A DNA stretch of 64,000 bases, taken from positions 18,662,001 to 18,726,000 of the forward strand of contig OX597819.1 in NCBI GenBank assembly GCA_951406725.2, given 5' to 3'. The notes beneath the pieces were generated by a model. It had not been told where the DNA came from, ran no database searches, and was given only the letters and a program-made list of their open reading frames with translations. This document shows, piece after piece, positions 39,575-53,552 of the stretch (position 1 is the first letter of the stretch; each line of letters begins with the position of its first letter). A program made the position numbers and the translations under genes. This DNA comes from Octopus vulgaris (Eukaryota).

Positions 39575-40085
39575 GCACAAACTTGCACACTTACAGTAAC
39601 ACAGACATATACAAACACAAACTCAGAGGCATATGTAGGTACGGAATTTTACATACATATGTAATTGCATAGAATCTTATATTTAAAAAAATGTACTTGG
39701 TGTGGGGGAATTTTTGTGAATATGTTTGTGGTCTTATTAAAATAGCTTGTCTTTCGGGAAATGAATTCTTGCTACTAATTGCTGCTGTATTCATATTTTT
39801 TCCCCTTTTTCTAGAAGCTAACGCCCCTTTGTTTCCAATTTATTTTTTTTAGTTTTTATTGTTTTATTTTTTAAGGAATAAAACACGAATTCATTATATT
39901 TTTCAAGATTCTAGCTAATGTATTGTTTCATTCCAGTTGAATAAATCAGTCAGAATTCTTCAATTCAATGAAAAAAAAAATTCCAATTCCAAATCAAGAA
40001 TAACATACGCACGCATATGTATGTATGCACGCAAGTATCTATGCACGTATGAATATAAGCATACATGTAAGAATATACGTCGGAA

Positions 40086-40137
<52 letters not shown>

Positions 40138-40657
40138 CACACATGTATATATATACATACATACACATATGTATATATGAATGCAAATATAGCAATATAC
40201 ATAATACGTACACGCCCGCGTGCGTAGAGAGGGAAGACGAGATGGATACAATGTGAGACACTGTATAATCACGAAACAGTGAGAGCAGATATGCTCATAA
40301 GAGGAGGGAAAAATTAAATGAATGAATTTTATATGAAGATAATTGTGTGAAGAAATTTCTTGTTGTAATTTAAAGATCATTAGTTTTGGTTTAATATTTG
40401 TATGTATTCATATACGTATGTATTCCTAAAGTTACACGCTCACGCACACACACACACATGCAGGCGTAGGCGCAAAAACACACACACACACAAATACACA
40501 CACATTCACACACTTATATGTGTATATATATATATATATATACACACACATATATATATATATGTATGCATCTATTTATATACGTATACATGTATGTATA
40601 TATATATGTATGTGTATATAATATATATATGTTTGTATGTATGCATGAATCTCCATA

Positions 40658-40695
<38 letters not shown>

Positions 40696-40768
40696 ATAAA
40701 TGTAATTATTTCATCTGCATTAATTTATGTGTACATACACACACTCACACACACGCACTTGCACGCAC

Positions 40769-40806
<38 letters not shown>

Positions 40807-40864
40807 GATATTATGTATTGGCTTAAGTTTTTCATTGTTTGATTTGCCTAATAGTGGTTTTGTC

Positions 40865-40948
<84 letters not shown>

Positions 40949-41177
40949 AAATTAATGGAGAGGAAATTATTAAATTTATTAGTCACCTATGAGCATACGA
41001 TCTTTTCGTTACGAATATAAGAGCTACGTTCGGGCGAATAAGGGAGAGAAATAAATAAAAGTTCGACATACTTATTTCCATAAATCTGTCACCAAACTTC
41101 CTTTAGGTTCTGAACAAAGCTATTTCTTCGATAATATTTCATCATAAGTTAAGTTTAAATGAACATCTTGGAATAAT

Positions 41178-41380
41178 TGGTTTCAAATTTTGGCACAAGG
41201 CCAGAAATTCTGGGAGAGGAGAAGAGTCACTTACACAGACCTGCGTACTCAACTGCTGCATGATTTATCGACTCTGAAATGATGCATGTCATAGACGACC
41301 TCGACGGAATTTGAAATCAGAACATAAGGATGGACGAAACACCCTAACCATTATTTTGCTCAGCGTACCAACGATTCTGG
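41178..41380 (-). mobile_element. SINE family A (tail type 2), diverged
   Basis: TTGGTTTCAAATTTTGGCACAAGGCCAG...GGAATTTGAA...ACGATTCTG. Confidence 0.75.
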
Positions 41381-43511
41381 TAATGAAAACAAAACAAACA
41401 ACATAAAGAAGGACCCTTCATCAGTTGTTGACTGTTTTTTCTAGTCTGTATTTTGAGCATTTAACAACAATATACGCTTTCGATAAAACAGTTGCTCCCA
41501 CAAAGCAAATTATATAAAATTTGGAATTTTTGCGGAAGGTCAAAATAGGTAACACAAACAGGATGGGGAAAACAAAGACGAAGTGCTGCTAAGCCTAAAT
41601 GAGATTGTGGTGGCGAACGCATAAATCAAGTCTGGACAGGAGACAGACAAAAATACGTTTTCCTCGTTCCAGCTACATCAGATAGAAAGAAAAAAAACAC
41701 AAGTTAGATGGGGGAAAATGGCCGATGGTTGCGTGAAAGCCACATGAGCAAGGGAGAAGGAGGAGTGAATGAGAGAGAGTGACAGAGTAATATGAAGGAA
41801 TAGTGGGAGAATAGGAGGTAAAAGAATTAAAGAGAAGAACGAAAGAGTAAAAAGATCGTATAGAGTGCGCATCAGAATTATTAAGATAAAACTGACTTGT
41901 ACGAATTGGATTCATTGTTGTAATATTCATCGTAATATGTGTAATATATCTTTGGAGACACTGAAACCTTATCGTGTCACTTTTGAAAAATGTTAAAGCA
42001 TCTGTTTCGAAACCCGTGGTGTAAACTTAGATATTCCTTGCGGCATATCATTTGGAAAGATGTGCATTAAAGGGACACGACACACATTGGTCAAATATCT
42101 TTCTAAATAGCACCGTACAGTTAAGTCATATCGATTTTCAAAGATTTTAATATATCCGAATATACATGTTGCAAAGTGTATTGTAAACGAATCTCATTTG
42201 CTGAAATATAAAGGGTCCTACAAATCTGTGCACACTGGCTGCATGTGTTGCATAGTAAACACATTTGCTGCGACACAGTTGTGGCCAAGTATGTTTCTGC
42301 CATTCCAAATAAATAAAAATAATTTGAGAAGAAATAAAAATATAATAAAAACAAGAGAAACAAGAGAAATAAGGTTGACTTCAGGCACATGATTGATCTG
42401 ATCGAAAAGAAAAACGAGCGAAGACGGAAAACAGTGGAAAGGAATCAACGAAACGACAAATTTTAAGGTTTGAATTACAGATTGTATTTCATCGTGCAGA
42501 ACATTGATTTTGACAGGTAAACGGTTAGCTGATAGTAAACATTTATATCGTCCGCTGTCCTTATAATTGACTGTCCATTTTATTGGATTCGATTTAATGA
42601 AATAGCCTTCCGAAGTTGATGGTGTTTACATAATCTCTTGATCGATGCGAATAGTTATGATAAAGCAAAATATATGACTCCATGCGCCTAGCATGATGTT
42701 CAGAAAATTTTCGAAATATATTGAATACAATTCAATGGAACATAATGAAACAACAACAACAACAACAACAACAAAAACAACAAAAGAATAGTAAATTTAA
42801 TAAACGATATTCGATTTGTTTTTCCGCACGTCACATTACTCATGAAAAATAGTGTTGAGTTGAGCAACAATAAATTTCAAATTGGATCCTTAACTTGCTA
42901 TAGTTTGCAAGCCAAAATAGTCCTCACCTCAGACGGCAATCTGTTTTTTTATAATTTTTTAGAGTGGGTATGCTATTGTAGGGAGAAACAGGCATTAGTC
43001 CTGGCTTCTGTGTATTTCAGTAATAGCGCCCAAAGATGCCCAAACAGGGATTCCAAGAAAAACAAATGTTACCGCGTTGCAAATATGCTTATGATGGAAG
43101 GACGATCCCGTGAAATAGAGGTCTGATTACAAACTGTTTGATTCCCCTGCTCGAAACTCTGTCTGAAAATTCTACTGTAAATTATACTTCTCTAGTTATT
43201 TGTGAGCAAAATCTTGTAGAAAAAAGTGTGCTGAAGCGCTCGGTAGAACCTCTTCCATACGTACATGCTAAAACATGCATGAGTGCGCACGTGTGCGCGA
43301 ATATGTGAGTAATTACTATATTAAAGATTTCATAGGGTTTTACACCTGGGAGATTGATATTTATTTCAATAATTTTGGATCCTCGTCATGAAGAGTACTA
43401 CACTGTATATGATATTGTGAACATAATACACATTTAAACATACATATGCATATACATATATATGTAAACACGAACACACACACACACACACACACTTATA
43501 TATATATATAT

Positions 43512-43960
43512 GGTGGTTGTCTACTCCTTATACAGAATTTGGTCACCTCCTTACCTACACCATCTTGGCGTGTGATGTGACTTTTTAAACCAGACAATGT
43601 TCTGAAAACACACCTACGAGTACATAGATAGCACCTCTGATTTGGACCACCAATACTTGCCGATAAGTTCTGTTCTTTGTGGATCTAAACATGTCCTCTG
43701 AGGACTCCATTGGATTTGCAAACTTTCTGGTATACACTGCTTTCAAAGTGTTTGCACAGACATATAATCACAATAGTTGGTGAAGGTTCGCATTCCATGC
43801 GTTCGCAGGTGAGATTTGAGGCCAGCAAAAGAAAGGCATGGTCTGTCACAGACTGTACACACACAAAGGTCATTGTGATTCACCTTCTCGATCGTTACAT
43901 TCTCTTTTGGGCCTTACTTATGTTATCCTGGCCTCTTCAAATGCTTTTACTCCACTTCAC
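43512..43960 (-). mobile_element. RTE-clade LINE 3' remnant with C-terminal zinc-finger region
   Basis: Minus frame QKVCKSNGVLRGHV*IHK...CYLC...FRTLSGLKSH; ends GGAGTAGACAACCACC-(AT)n. Confidence 0.6.
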
Positions 43961-44019
43961 ACCTTTGTTCGTCATCCAACTCGATACACACACACACGCG
44001 CGCAAATATAACTACACGT

Positions 44020-44225
44020 CGACTATTGGCGACTTTTTTCCTCCTTCTTCCTTTTCTTTTTGACTTTCCCCATGTCTCCTGTTTCCGAAGAAGAGCTTTG
44101 CTCTAATCATAAAACAACCACCCTCTCTTCCTTTCTCTAAGCGTCTCATTAATACTTTGCACGTATCACGTCATCACGTTGTTGTTTTTTCTTGTCTTTT
44201 TTCTCCGTTTTGTTTTTTGATTATA
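44020..44225 (+). mobile_element. Penelope-type short element with decayed hammerhead motif
   Basis: GTTT-CCGAAGA-A-GAGCTTTGCTC-TAATC-ATA-AAAC (44081-44115); flanks homologous to the reverse complement of 49121-49545. Confidence 0.65.
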
Positions 44226-44284
44226 TATACACAAATATATACATATATATGTATGAATGAATGTGTGTGTATGTGTGTGTGTGT

Positions 44285-44586
44285 AAGCGTGGTTTCCCGG
44301 TTGTGGTATTCTGCCCATGATCGTAAGGTGAAGATTTCGATTCCAGTTTGCACGCTGTGTCCTTGAGCAAGACACTTTATTTCAGGTTGCTTCTGTCCAT
44401 TCAGCTGGTAACAATGAACATTACCTGTATTTCAAAGGCCCAGCCTTGTCAAATTCTGTGCCACCCTGAATCTCCCCGAGAACGACGCGAAGAGTCTGTG
44501 GAGTGCTCAGCCACTTGCACGATGTTCCGTTGATCGGATCAACTGGAACGTTCGCTATCACAACCGATGGATACTCACTACCTCCA
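44285..44586 (+). mobile_element. Old tRNA-derived SINE (CORE/V-like centre, tail 1 of family B)
   Basis: TTTCGATTCC B box, GTGTCCTTGAGCAAGACACTT centre, tail GTTCCGTTGATCGGATCAACTGGAAC shared with 20473-20853. Confidence 0.75.
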
Positions 44587-45054
44587 TATATATATATATA
44601 TATATATATGCGTGTATATGACTTTGAGTACGTATGTATATAACGTACATTTTCTCAACGTAATGTATGTCCTCATTTAGTGTCTATCACAGAATTTAAC
44701 TTCCTACGTCAACAAATATTATATCGCTACAGGAAATGTTTCACTGACAATGTGGAGATGTAAATTAATCCATTATGCTTTGTAAGCAGTCTTACTGTTG
44801 CTGTGAGGAGAGTTTGTCGTCAAATCAAAGTTGCTGACAGAAACTGATAAGAAAACATGTTATCCGGACCAATGAACGTAAGAGAATATACTCGACCTCT
44901 CCAGCATCTCGGAATATCCGGATTTCCACTTACATTTCCCTTAAATAACAGAATTCTGTCTATAGTAATCAATATCACATTATACTTTGACATATGTATA
45001 TATTGATGTATGTATATTTACGTACACAAACACACACATACACTTGCACAAGTT

Positions 45055-45390
45055 ATTTATTTCGGGCATCAGACCGCGGCCTTGCTGGGGCACTCCATTG
45101 AAGAATTTAATAGAACTAATGATTGTTTTTGAAAATGCCTGGTAAAAAAAGGTCTCTTATGATCGTTAAGTCACGGCGACTGAGACAAATCACATCTGGT
45201 CATCAAGCGATGGGGTCGGGTGAACATAGTGACATATACGTATATACGATCAGATTCTATAGTTACCATCTATCCAATCCGTTCTCAAGGATTTGGTATC
45301 TCTGGACTAGAGTTGAAGATCCTTATTCAACGTGCGTCACACAGTGGGACTGAAGCCTCGACTATATTACCTACATCACATCCACTCTTC
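45055..45390 (-). mobile_element. SINE family C, highly diverged
   Basis: GCGGCCTTGCTGGGGCAC...CCATCTATCCAATCC...GTGGGACTGAAGC. Confidence 0.55.
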
Positions 45391-45652
45391 AACTATATAT
45401 ATATATAGTTATCAATAATAATATAGGGTGAAATCAATTAATTTGGAGTAATCATCAATTTCACCAAGTAGATTTACACACCGAATTTAGAAATAGCAGT
45501 CAAAGAGTTATGGCTATTCTTTCTACTTAAAAGAGAGATCTCAGTAAAACCACAGCACTCCAAATTTAATACACAATTATCTATAATTGTAGAGTCCTAC
45601 GCTGAGGAGAAAAGTAGTCGGGTAAGACATAATTATTTAATTTTTATGCTTT

Positions 45653-45691
<39 letters not shown>

Positions 45692-45706
45692 TATATATAT
45701 ATATTC

Positions 45707-45753
<47 letters not shown>

Positions 45754-45909
45754 GTATATATATATACTTAAAACAAATCAAGCAAATGATTGTGCGTGAG
45801 TAAGTATTTATGTGTGTCACAGATACATATCAGTGATTTTGGACACGTGTTTGACCATCAGTTTTAATCTTGTGCTTAACAAAGAAAACTAAACAAAAGA
45901 CATGATAAG

Positions 45910-47178
45910 AAGGGTGTTCATTAAAGATTTACTGTGACTCACTTCTCAAAGACTGGGTTAGTCGAAACTACGCATAATTATTAGTCCTTCTCTACATAGC
46001 CACCACCAATAGTGAAACTCTTTCCCCCACCACTTTCTGCAGCTGTGAAGAAATTGTCTGTAGAAGTCGGTAGGTTGCGTCTGGAGCCAAGACTTTAACT
46101 TGAAAATTAGTTCATCATCATCCGAAAAGTGCTTCCCCTTCAAAAGAGACTTCATCATTGGAAAGAGGTGCAAGTGAGATGGTGCGAGGGAGGGAGTGTA
46201 AGGGGGATTGGAAAGGATTTTATAGCCGCAGGAATGTGCTTTCATCTGGGAAACATGCACATTGTGAACTGGGTTGTTGTCTTAGCGGAGACGGACTCCT
46301 TTGGTCAGCATGCCACGCCTCTCTGCTTTGATGGCATCCCGCAATTCCTGCAGCAGAGAAGCATGGTATGCCCCGTTAATTATGGTGCCCTTTGCCAGAA
46401 AATAATCCATCATTGCTAATCTATACTGATCCCAAAAGACTGAGCATCACCTTGCCCGCTGAGGATTGGACATGAGCCTTCTTTGGAACTGGTAAGTTAT
46501 CATGCTTCCATTGCTTCGTCTGGACTTTAGACTCAGGATCATAGTGATGGACCCATGTTTCGTCCTGTGTGATAAATCTGCCGTAAAATTCCTCCCCGTT
46601 TTCTTGGCATATTGCCAAATGTTCCTGGGAGCAGGTAGCACGTTCCTGCTCCTGAAAAGATGTGAGCATCCGAGGAATCCATCGTGTAGACAACTTCCGG
46701 CTGTACAAATGTTCGTAAATGACTTTTTCCACAGACCCTACGCATATCTTCATTTCTTGGGCTAGTTGTCCAATAGTTATACGGTGATCCTCCAAACTGG
46801 TGGATTCCGCTTTATGGATGGTGTCCTCATTAATGGCGGAATGTGGTCGTCCAGGAATAAGAGCACTATCCACCGATGTCCGACCATATTTGAACGTCGT
46901 ATGAGTGTTATCGTCACCATAAACTTCTTTCGTCTCATCGAAAATCTCTTTTGGTGTACGACCTTTCAAGTATAAGAACCTGATCACTGATCTGCATTCA
47001 ACAGCCATCGTTATAACACCTTAGTCCACTTCAGCAGCCTTAAAAAACAAACAAATACAAGTGAAAAGCTGCAATTCACAATATGACATGTAAAGACATA
47101 TAATTATACCTGTACAAGTTTCGCTTTCTGCAATAAACGGAAGTGGGTCAAGGGGAATCTTTTAATGGACATCTCCTA
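45910..47178 (-). mobile_element. Near full-length defective mariner (~1.27 kb) with both TIRs
   Basis: ORF 46421-47008 (RSVIRFLYLKG..WIPRML..ITQDETWVHHYDPE..SAGKVML) and ORF 45958-46260 (PPYTPSLAPS). Degenerate TIRs AGGGTGTTCATTAAAGATTTACTGTGACTCACTTC and GAAGTGGGTCAAGGGGAATCTTTTAATGGACATCTCC. Confidence 0.9.
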
Positions 47179-48817
47179 ATTCTGGCTATTCTGCTATTTT
47201 TGACATACATTTAACGTTAACATTTTCAAAGGAATTATAAATACATTTATTTAAATTTAAATAAGTGAAGCATTTCAGACCCCATGTTAAGGTTTATCAG
47301 AATCGGTATCCTTTAACTACTGAAAGAATAGAACTTCAAGACATCACTAGAAATAGAATATTTAGAATTAGGAGTGAAAAAGATTATAGTGAACGGATGT
47401 GAATAGATAGTGATTGTCGGTTGTGAAACGGATATCATGGCAGATTTGTCATATACTATATATACGTAGATTTTAAATAAGGCTGTGAGAAGTGAGTTAG
47501 TATAATAGACAAAGGTATCAAGTTGGTATTAGTTGTGTTGGTAGCTTGTATGATATTGTCAATCTGGCATGTGAAATACTCTGCGTGAGTCCGGAGAAGT
47601 GCACTGAAATAGAGACCGCGATTTAATATAGAAAATTGTGTGGCTCTTCTGCAGTAGAAACCGCCATAGAAGTAGAATTCGGAAAGACACGAAAGTCATG
47701 AAATTCTGAGAGGCTACTCCAGTTTTTTTTGTTTTTTTTATGGCATTGCAAAATAACCAAAAGATTACCAATTTACGTACTCTCCAATATATTCCTTGTA
47801 CATTATCATTATCAACCACATATTTTAAGAACATTTTTCATCTCTCTCCCACCAATTTTCTCCATTCGACGAAACCCTTGTCGCAGACACAAGCACTGAT
47901 TACCTTCAAAATACTTTTATTCTCCTTTGATATTTTCTCTCCAGCTTTCATTTGATTTGTGATACGCACATTTGGTAGGACGTGGTCCTTTATACGCCTA
48001 GTAGAGATCGATTTCTTCCAGAAAGTAACACAACCATAAACCGAGAGAAGGTGAGACAAAACTGACCCTCGGATAGAAATAATACCAGTAGAAAATATAA
48101 CCGACTCATCCAGGATTCGGTAAGTTGGTGACTGCCTTATTCGTATGGCTGTGAATTTTGATATTCCATCCGTTCAATACATCTGAGGTTCCAGTGGTTC
48201 TTACTATATTTTTATTGGTGGTACTTATTATTTTCCTATTCCTGTGGAGAATGTTTTAAAATATATTTATTTCCGTATTACCTAACCACCATCTTCTCGC
48301 ATATTACATTTATATTATTTATATTTCCGTCCAGGAAGTACTTTGCATCGTAAAGACAATTCTCCTTCCTGTTGGAAATGAAATGGGCTTCCGGTATTTT
48401 ATTTCCAACGCGGACAGACAGAAAGACACACACACACAGACGAATATACTTACATATAACATGCATACATATGAGTATAGACACATACGCGCGCACACAC
48501 ACACATACACACACAAAAAGACACACACACATGCGCACAAATATCTTCACATTTATATTCATGACAACCAATTCATGTCCCGGACGCACATTTTCAAAAA
48601 TGTTTCCATATTTGGAAGAAAGATATAAGTGTCATCGAATAGGAGCGAAGCAGAGAGCCTAATTTTGGTCCTTTCGCATTTCTCGGTCAAAACAACTCAT
48701 CTGCTTTAAAATTATTCTAACAAACCCGAAACGAAAGGAAGAGATAATAAATAATCATAGACAAACATCGAAACCTCTGTATGATGCGTGAAGTAGAAAT
48801 GGATTTTCCCTTTGAAT

Positions 48818-49030
48818 AAGGTGGCGAGCTGGTAGAATCGTTAGCACGTCAAGAGAAATGCTAATCGTCCATCTTTAAATTTTCAATTCAAATTCCGCCG
48901 AGACCTACTTTTTGTTTTTCATAATTTCGGGGTCGATAAAATAAATACTGATTAAACGCTACGGGGTCGATCTAATCAACTAAACTCTCCCCGAAATTGC
49001 TGGCATTGTTCTAAAATTTAAAACTAATAT
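48818..49030 (+). mobile_element. SINE family A (tail type 2)
   Basis: AAGGTGGCGAGCTGGTAGAATCGTTAGCACG...TTCAAATTCCGCCGAG...GAAATTGCTGGCATTG. Confidence 0.8.
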
Positions 49031-49120
49031 TCCGTCACAGGATTTTACCAACTTGTCACAAGCTCCCTACTATTCAGCTAATAATAGCGATCGATGTGAA
49101 CCAACTTATATATATATATA

Positions 49121-49545
49121 TAAAGTTAATCCAAACATGAAAACACAAAGAGAAAGCACAAAACGCGAGGATGTGGAACAAGTATAGTATTATTGGACGC
49201 TTAGGAAAGAAGGAAAGAAGGAGGGTTTAACGTTTCGAGCGGAGCTCTTCGTCAGAAACATAAGAAAAGGAAAGATCCAAAGAAGGGAAGACGGAGGAAA
49301 AAATTCGACATATATATATGTATATATGTATGCATGTGTGCGTGTATATATATAAATCCCGAAAAACAAACCAAAGAACAAACACAAAGACAACAAAAAC
49401 GCGAGGACGTGGGTAAATGTAAAATAATAGCAGACGCTCAGGGAAGGAAAGAAAGGTGGTTTTATGTTTCGAGCAAACCTCTTCTTCAAAAAGAAAGGAA
49501 AGTTCAATAGAAAAGGAAGCAAGAGGGGAAAATATCGCCAGCGAT
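49121..49545 (-). mobile_element. Two tandem Penelope-type short repeats, each with a hammerhead motif
   Basis: Units ~49121-49309 and ~49352-49545 share AAAACGCGAGGA..GACGCT..GGAAAGAA..GTTTCGAGC..CTCTTC. Confidence 0.75.
49225..49259 (-). ncRNA. Minimal type-I hammerhead ribozyme, intact core
   Basis: GUUU-CUGACGA-A-GAGC(UCC)GCUC-GAAA-CG-UU-AAAC: stem I 4 bp, stem II 4 bp, palindromic ACGU stem III. Confidence 0.75.
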
Positions 49546-49949
49546 TGAGGTAGTTACATTTTGAAAGATATATGTATATATATACATATATATATATATG
49601 TTCATATATGTATGTGCATTCATGTTAAATTAGAAGCAGATTGGGGTATATAAACATAATGGAACTGACATACACAAGTTGTATGTGATGTTAGTCTGTT
49701 GGTGTGCTGCATTTTATTTAATCCTTTATTTCTTTTTATATGCCTGCGTTTGAATTGAATTAACATGTTCGTAAGTTTTAGTATATCACGTTCCTTCCTT
49801 CTTTTTATTGGAACATCTATGTATTACGTAAGGTGCACAGTTATAGCTAGACACCAAAATATTTGAAAGGTTCCAGTTTCTTGAGCTTCCCAGCCGAAAT
49901 ATGATGATGGTATTGACTCTTAACAGTGTAAAAATGAAGGAAAAATCTC

Positions 49950-50075
49950 TATCGTAACTAAGCGGTCCGGCAAAAGACACCAATAGAATAAGTCCTGAGG
50001 TTAATATGTCCGATTAAAACCGTTTCAGTTTCTGTCTTAGTATAGCTGCAGTTGAACGACTGAAACAAATAAAAG
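49950..50075 (+). mobile_element. SINE family C tail fragment
   Basis: CGTAACTAAGCGGTCCGGCAAAAGACACCAATAGAATAAGTCCTG...ACTGAAACAAATAAAAG. Confidence 0.6.
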
Positions 50076-50729
50076 ATCGAACGATGAACGATGGAAAAAA
50101 GTTAAATGATTTGACACGAGTTACGTGAATATAACGCAAAGATGGCAGTAGAAATTTCTAATGTTTGTTGGATGTATGCAAGTAAACTGATTGCTTAACC
50201 TCGATAAGCCGCCCCGTATTTATAAATGTATTCTTTGAATTTTTATATTTTTGGCTGCTTTCGAAAAAAAAGAAAACGTTATTTGAAATATGACGGTGAC
50301 AGTTATTCACATATTAAAGTTATGTTACCTTAGGCTGCTCAGGTTATTGAATGATTTTGCTATTCTGCCATTTTCTTTCGCGAAATCTTGTTAATATTGA
50401 ATTTAGAATGATAATACATAACGGAAACATAGAAGTGAAGAGAGGAACGCAGAATTCTATGGACAACAATACGGTTGGAGGATCTGAAATTGTAAAGTTC
50501 TTTCATGCGTACATGTGACCTTTGAAGGATTTAAAAATTTCTGATTAAAGTTTCTACACAAGAATCGTATTTGCATTGTAACGTCGAAAATAAATGTTAA
50601 AGTTCAAACAACAATGAGGTTTCTGCTCGTGCCAAATTGTGTAAAAGCGACTGATAAATTGACGACATGGAATCTGAAAGGAAATAATTATATAAAGATA
50701 TATATCAAATTAGATAGTGTATGCATGTT

Positions 50730-50802
<73 letters not shown>

Positions 50803-50833
50803 TATGTATATACATATATACATATATATATTT

Positions 50834-50875
<42 letters not shown>

Positions 50876-50894
50876 TATACATATATATGTATAT

Positions 50895-50928
<34 letters not shown>

Positions 50929-53307
50929 GTATATATACACACACACACACATATATATATATGTGTGTGTGTGTGTGTATACACATATGCACTACATGCA
51001 CACGTATACATATTCATATTCATATATACATTCATATGTACAACATTGATACACACCTACATATACATATATGTGTGTGTGTGTGCATGCGTGTGTTTAG
51101 GTGTGTATGCCTGTGTGTATATCTGTGTCCGTTCGTGCGTGTGAGTGTGTGTGTGTAAGATCTGAAATGGTATGTAAGCGAGTGCTGCTTCTGCTCTGTC
51201 TATTTCTTAAAAAATACATATATTGTTCTATAAAACAGAAAAGCGATTTATTAAATTAGAATTTTTTTTACTATTATTTGACAAATATCCTGGTGAAATT
51301 TTAAAACTGGCCGTTTTATCAATGCCATATTGATCAGAGCAGCGTGCAAACAAATCTGATGTGCTTGAACTTTTCTGTGTAAAGTCTGCTTGTTACTCAC
51401 ACTTCTCTAAATACATGCCAACTTCAGACAGGTTAGTACCTCACGGGAATTTTCATTCAGAATGGAATGACTGGAATTTAATTAAATTTGAAGTGATTTG
51501 CTTGTTCTTGAAATAATTCGTTGATACTTAAGGTTACGTTCGGATACGAAGGAGGAGAGATGAAGCAATTGTTTATCAGGTGCCTATCTGCTGAATTCTA
51601 TTCTTTGACATCCATTGTCTAATATTTTGGTCTCAGAAGGCCCTCTTTCAAAATGCGTCACTCATAGTTATTAGCTTCCAGGACACGCTACCTATATGCA
51701 CAGAAAACTAATTACATTCTTTTTTTTTTATGTTCATGTACAATCTTATACAGAAACGTAATCACGCGATCGCTTACATGGCAATGTGTTAAACTTTTCT
51801 TCAATTAGTCACATATTTTGATTTTTTTTTAATTACAATTGTTTTAATCTTAAAACGAAAACAGATGCCTGGTAACTGATGGTCATTATATGGTTACAAA
51901 CAAAGCGGAAGGTTATTAAACTAGGAAATATTTCATACTACCCACCGTTCTTATGCATGTTTCCAAACAACATACGATCATACATTGATGAAAGTAAAGC
52001 CTGGTCAATATTCCTAGAATACAAAATATGGGGATGGAAGAATCAAGCGAAGGGAATTGCTCAGCTTGCGAAATGGCGATCAATCATATGCAGCATTTTC
52101 GAAAAAGGACGGAATACACATGGGAAAAATTAAGAGTTCGCGGACAAATTATCTTTAATCATAAATCGGTTCCACCTGATATTACCTATCATTTATCATT
52201 TTGAAATATATCAAATCAACATGAAGTTGGGACGGTCTACGTCGTCCCTTGAATTCCAACAAATTGTAATTTGCTCTCAAATATCGCCCGATAATTTTTT
52301 TAAATATAAGTAGTCTTTCTCTAATGTAGTGTTGTATTAATCTAAAATAGTGAAACGATTTTGAACACTTTTTCACTCAGTCAACAAATAACAACATGAT
52401 GGAAAAGCAGATAAATACGACTAAACTCTCATTATACTTGTAGGTGAATTTGTTTGTCTTAGTATAAGCGCAGGCGTAACTGTGCAGTAAGAAGCTTGAA
52501 ATTTAGTGACACATCATATGAAATATTCAAAACGGGATGAAACATGTTGCACCCTTGGCATCATTTCGTTGTTTAAGCCTATGATTAGTTTACCTAAGTT
52601 GGCTCATCTTTTTGTGGGCATTAATTTGAGATCTGAGATAAATTAGGTGGCAGATCGGAAGAATCGGTAGTGCATCACACACACACATACCTTACAGTGA
52701 CTTTTTCGCTTTTTTTCGTTCATGTGTTCAATTTCTGAGATCCGCTATATCTTTTATCTCTCCATGTTACTTAAAATAATGTATTACATAATTGCGGGAT
52801 AGGTGCTATTTACCAGCACCATTAACTCAAACTTACTGACGTTCTGCGTGAATTTAAAACAATTCCGGAAGTTTCAGTGAACACGTAGTAAAGCCTGTCT
52901 TTGAATCAATCCTGACCTAATAATAGTTTTTTGACTTATCTCATGATATTGTGCAGCAAATCTCTTCTAATAATTCTTGTTTCATCAAACCAATATTTTA
53001 GGCATTCGAATGCTATTTGCAGGAATTTTTGTAAAAGTATTCTGACATTATTTAAATTTAGTAGTGTTTCTACTGAGAGCTTGCATAGATATCGCATTAC
53101 TGCTTAAACAAATAAGCTATTTTCGCTCTAAGTGTCTTGCTTAGGTCATTTCAATCTGCAAATTTATGCTGCAAAATCGTTGCCAACTCTCACCTCTCAT
53201 GAATGTTTTCAGAGGGAATATAAAAAAACGAATTACAAAACAATAACAATGCTCCAATTATAAACAATAATAAAAACAAAAAGATAGTATAATGTAATTT
53301 TTATATG

Positions 53308-53521
53308 CTTTTCTACTCTAGGCACAAGGCCCGAAATTTTGCAGGAAGGAGACAGTCGGTTAGATCGACTCCAAAATGCAACTGGTTCTTAATTTATCGA
53401 CCTCGAAAGGATGAAAGGCAAAGTCGATCTCGGCGGAATTTGAACTCAGAACGTAGCGGCAGACGAAACACCGCTAAGCATTTCGCCCGGCGTGCTAACG
53501 ATTCTGCCAGCTCGCCGCCTT
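53308..53521 (-). mobile_element. SINE family A monomer with tail type 3
   Basis: Full head; tail AAATTTCGGGCCTTGTGCCTAGAGTAGAAAAG; imperfect TSD TAATGTA.TT..TATATG. Confidence 0.9.
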
Positions 53522-53552
53522 AATGTATTTACTATATGGATAGGTATCAATT

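Noticed and set aside
47560-48250. Possible L1/Tx1 3' remnant
   Set aside because: No unambiguous motif
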